Assembly: GCA_021202555.1 (NCBI GenBank)
Contig: JAJQCT010000008.1
Span: 12,286-76,285 of the forward strand
Reading direction: 5' to 3'
Length of the DNA stretch: 64,000 nucleotides
DNA from: Clostridiales bacterium
Lineage (GTDB): Bacteria > Bacillota > Clostridia > Oscillospirales > CAG-272
Part shown: positions 62,248 to 64,000 of the stretch, one piece after another
How positions within the stretch are numbered: position 1 is the stretch's first letter
Layout: every line of letters starts with the position of its first letter
The notes under the pieces: generated by a model
Database searches by the model: none
What the model was told of the DNA's origin: nothing
Seen by the model: only the letters and a program-made list of their open reading frames with translations
Made by a program: the position numbers and the translations under genes

Positions 62248-62258
62248 TCGCCGTCACC

Positions 62259-62723
62259 TCACCCGACGCTTTCGGGAGCGGCTGCCTCCTCGATTTCCTC
62301 GACGGGCTCGCCGATTTCGTCGTCAGTCGCCGCGGCTGTCTCATCGGCTGCGGGAGCCTCGACCTCCTCGGTCGTTTCCTCGGTAACAGGCTCCTCGGGA
62401 ACCTTGACATTGATTTTCTGCTTCTTTTCGTCTACAGTCAGAACGATAAAGCGAAGCACGCCCTCCGTAATTCCGAGAACTCGCGTAAGCTCTGCGGGGA
62501 ATTCGGGCGTTGAGCGGAAATAGCAAAGTACATAGTACCCTTCCGTCTCATAGTGAATGGGATACGCGAATCTGCGCTTGCCCCATACGTCTTCCGCGAC
62601 AATTTCCTTCGCGTTGTCGGCGATAAGATTTCTGATTCTCTCAACCGCCGTCTGTGTCGCTTCCTCTCCGTTCTTCACGCTCACGGCGAAAAGAACTTCA
62701 TAGGTGCCGATAATTTCTTCCAT
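62259..62723 (-). CDS. rpsF: 30S ribosomal protein S6 (with acidic C-terminal extension)
   Basis: 154 aa. YEVLFAV...WGKRRFAYPI...GYYVLCYF core, and an E/T/A-rich tail of about 55 aa. Confidence 0.9.
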   Translation of the reverse strand: MEEIIGTYEVLFAVSVKNGEEATQTAVERIRNLIADNAKEIVAEDVWGKRRFAYPIHYETEGYYVLCYFRSTPEFPAELTRVLGITEGVLRFIVLTVDEKKQKINVKVPEEPVTEETTEEVEAPAADETAAATDDEIGEPVEEIEEAAAPESVG

Positions 62724-62826
62724 GTAAAAACCCTCCTCATGGACTTTTGACCGCCGCCCTTGGGATTTGCGGCAGTAAGGAGACGTGATTGCGGCATAAC
62801 CTGTCCGCCATCACGCAACGGGATAT

Positions 62827-62855
62827 ATTATATCACGCATTTTTCCTTTTGTCAA
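62827..62855 (-). promoter_or_regulatory. sigma-A promoter for rpsF-ssb-rpsR
   Basis: On the minus strand this reads TTGACA (62855-62850), a 17-nt spacer ending in TGA, then TATAAT (62832-62827). Confidence 0.7.
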
Positions 62856-62960
62856 GGGGTAAAAATGAGAATTTTCAGCTTTCGCGCCGACAAAAATTCC
62901 CAAAAGACTCCGCTTGCGGCGTCCTTTGGGAATAATACGCTGTCAGGGGTCGCCTCCCAA

Positions 62961-64000
62961 TCACAAAATAATACAAATCAGCCCGCCGGAGCCTTCGTTG
63001 ATTATGCGTCCGAGCGTATCGGAGAGCTTGGCGCGCGCATCGTCCGACATATGCTCCATTTTCGTGCGCAGACCGTCGCCTACAAGCTCATAGAGCGTTT
63101 TCCCGAACATATTCGATTCCCAGATAGAGCTGCTGTCGTCCTCAAATTCACGCAAAAGATAGCGCAGCATTTCCTCCGACTGCGCCTCCGTACCTACAAT
63201 CGGATTGATTTCCGTTTCGATAGTCGCGCGGATTAAATGTATCGACGGCGCGGTTGCTTTAAGACGAACGCCGTAGCCGCCCTGCTGACGCACGACAACG
63301 GGCTCTGCAAGCGTTAAATCCTTCTCATCGGGCATAACGATGCCATATCCCTTGTCGCGCACCTCGGCGATTGCCTCGGAAAATTTATCGTATTCGCGCT
63401 TTACCTCCGACAGCTCGCGCAGAAGATTTATAAGCTCCTCCTCGCCTCGGATGTCAAAGCCAGTCATCCCGCCTATCGTCTTATAATAAACGGAGTCGGG
63501 GATTTCAAGGGACACATATGAAACCCCGGAGCCGAGGTCATTTTTTTCATGCTTCACAGAGCTTATATATTCGCATTCGGCAACGGGCGCAAGCGCCGTC
63601 TCAACGTCACCTATGCGCCTTATGTCCTGTGCGGACGCGCGAACGGCGCTCATAATGCTGCCGCGCAGCGGATGAGATGCATCGAGCGCGTGAATCCACG
63701 ACGGCACATCGATTTCAATTTCCTTTATCGGGAACTCGTAAAGCACAAGCTCCATTATGTGCATGATATCTTCCTGCGTCATTGTAAGACAGCTAACGAG
63801 CGCGACGGGGGCGGAATATTTTGTCTCAAGCTCCGCCGCAAGAGACGCAGCCGCCGGACTTTCGGGTTCTGCCGAATTGAGTATAATCGCAAACGGCTTG
63901 CCCATTCTGTGAAGCTCGTCGGCAACTCTCCCCTCGGCATCCGCATACGCATCCCGTCCAAGCTCACCGAAGCTGCCGTCCGTCGTCACGAGAATACCTA
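62961..64000 (-). CDS. spoIVA: stage IV sporulation protein A, C-terminal about 345 aa (gene continues beyond the right edge)
   Basis: It ends ...RIINEGSGGLICIIL (Bacillus SpoIVA ends GGLIAIIL). GILVTTDGSFGELGRDAY, GKPFAIILNS and VRLKATAPSIHLIRATIETEINPIVGTE are collinear with B. subtilis SpoIVA. The frame stays open to position 64000. Confidence 0.9.
   Translation of the reverse strand, partial: GILVTTDGSFGELGRDAYADAEGRVADELHRMGKPFAIILNSAEPESPAAASLAAELETKYSAPVALVSCLTMTQEDIMHIMELVLYEFPIKEIEIDVPSWIHALDASHPLRGSIMSAVRASAQDIRRIGDVETALAPVAECEYISSVKHEKNDLGSGVSYVSLEIPDSVYYKTIGGMTGFDIRGEEELINLLRELSEVKREYDKFSEAIAEVRDKGYGIVMPDEKDLTLAEPVVVRQQGGYGVRLKATAPSIHLIRATIETEINPIVGTEAQSEEMLRYLLREFEDDSSSIWESNMFGKTLYELVGDGLRTKMEHMSDDARAKLSDTLGRIINEGSGGLICIIL

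Noticed and set aside
62760-63236. 158-aa + strand ORF between rpsF and spoIVA.
   Set aside because: It overlaps the rpsF promoter and leader and the 3' end of spoIVA on the opposite strand. It has no motifs or RBS.

Overview
This is a chromosomal core segment from a spore-forming Firmicute. The class Clostridia, possibly Oscillospirales-like, is inferred only from gene content and codon style. About 60 protein genes are tightly packed on both strands. I found no rRNA, CRISPR array, transposase, integrase or prophage gene.

Recognisable blocks:
- Sporulation: abrB, spoIIAA-spoIIAB-sigF, and a partial spoIVA at the right edge.
- Biosynthesis: serC-serA; a lysine riboswitch followed by dapA-dapB-lysA; pyrC-pyrK-pyrD-pyrF-pyrE-pyrB-pyrI.
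- Translation and replication: rpsF-ssb-rpsR and a two-tRNA operon (Gly-CCC, Ala-CGC).
- Glycoside hydrolases: a GH10 behind a two-component system, and a GH2.
- Poorly understood envelope or transport operons: (i) tandem-DUF1538 membrane protein + tandem P-II-like protein + CPA2 antiporter; (ii) MoxR-DUF58-DUF4129 membrane protein-XpaC-like protein; (iii) ABC ATPase with a roughly 66-aa poly-acidic tail + ABC-2 permease + GldG-like + DUF4340; (iv) a processive GT2 synthase divergent from a CE4 deacetylase.

I corrected many ORF-track starts using RBS and homology logic.

The most interesting non-coding signals:
- A 44-nt promoter-proximal palindromic element is shared between the MoxR operon and the ABC-2/GldG operon. 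The only stem differences between the two copies are compensatory, and the core is duplicated at the second locus.
- A 97-nt tandem repeat (2.2 copies) makes up the pyr operon leader. Each copy carries an extended -10 box and two perfect 3-nt-loop hairpins, again with compensatory substitutions.

No known defence system, toxin-antitoxin pair or mobile element is visible. All family assignments come from motif recognition by eye and need a profile search to confirm.
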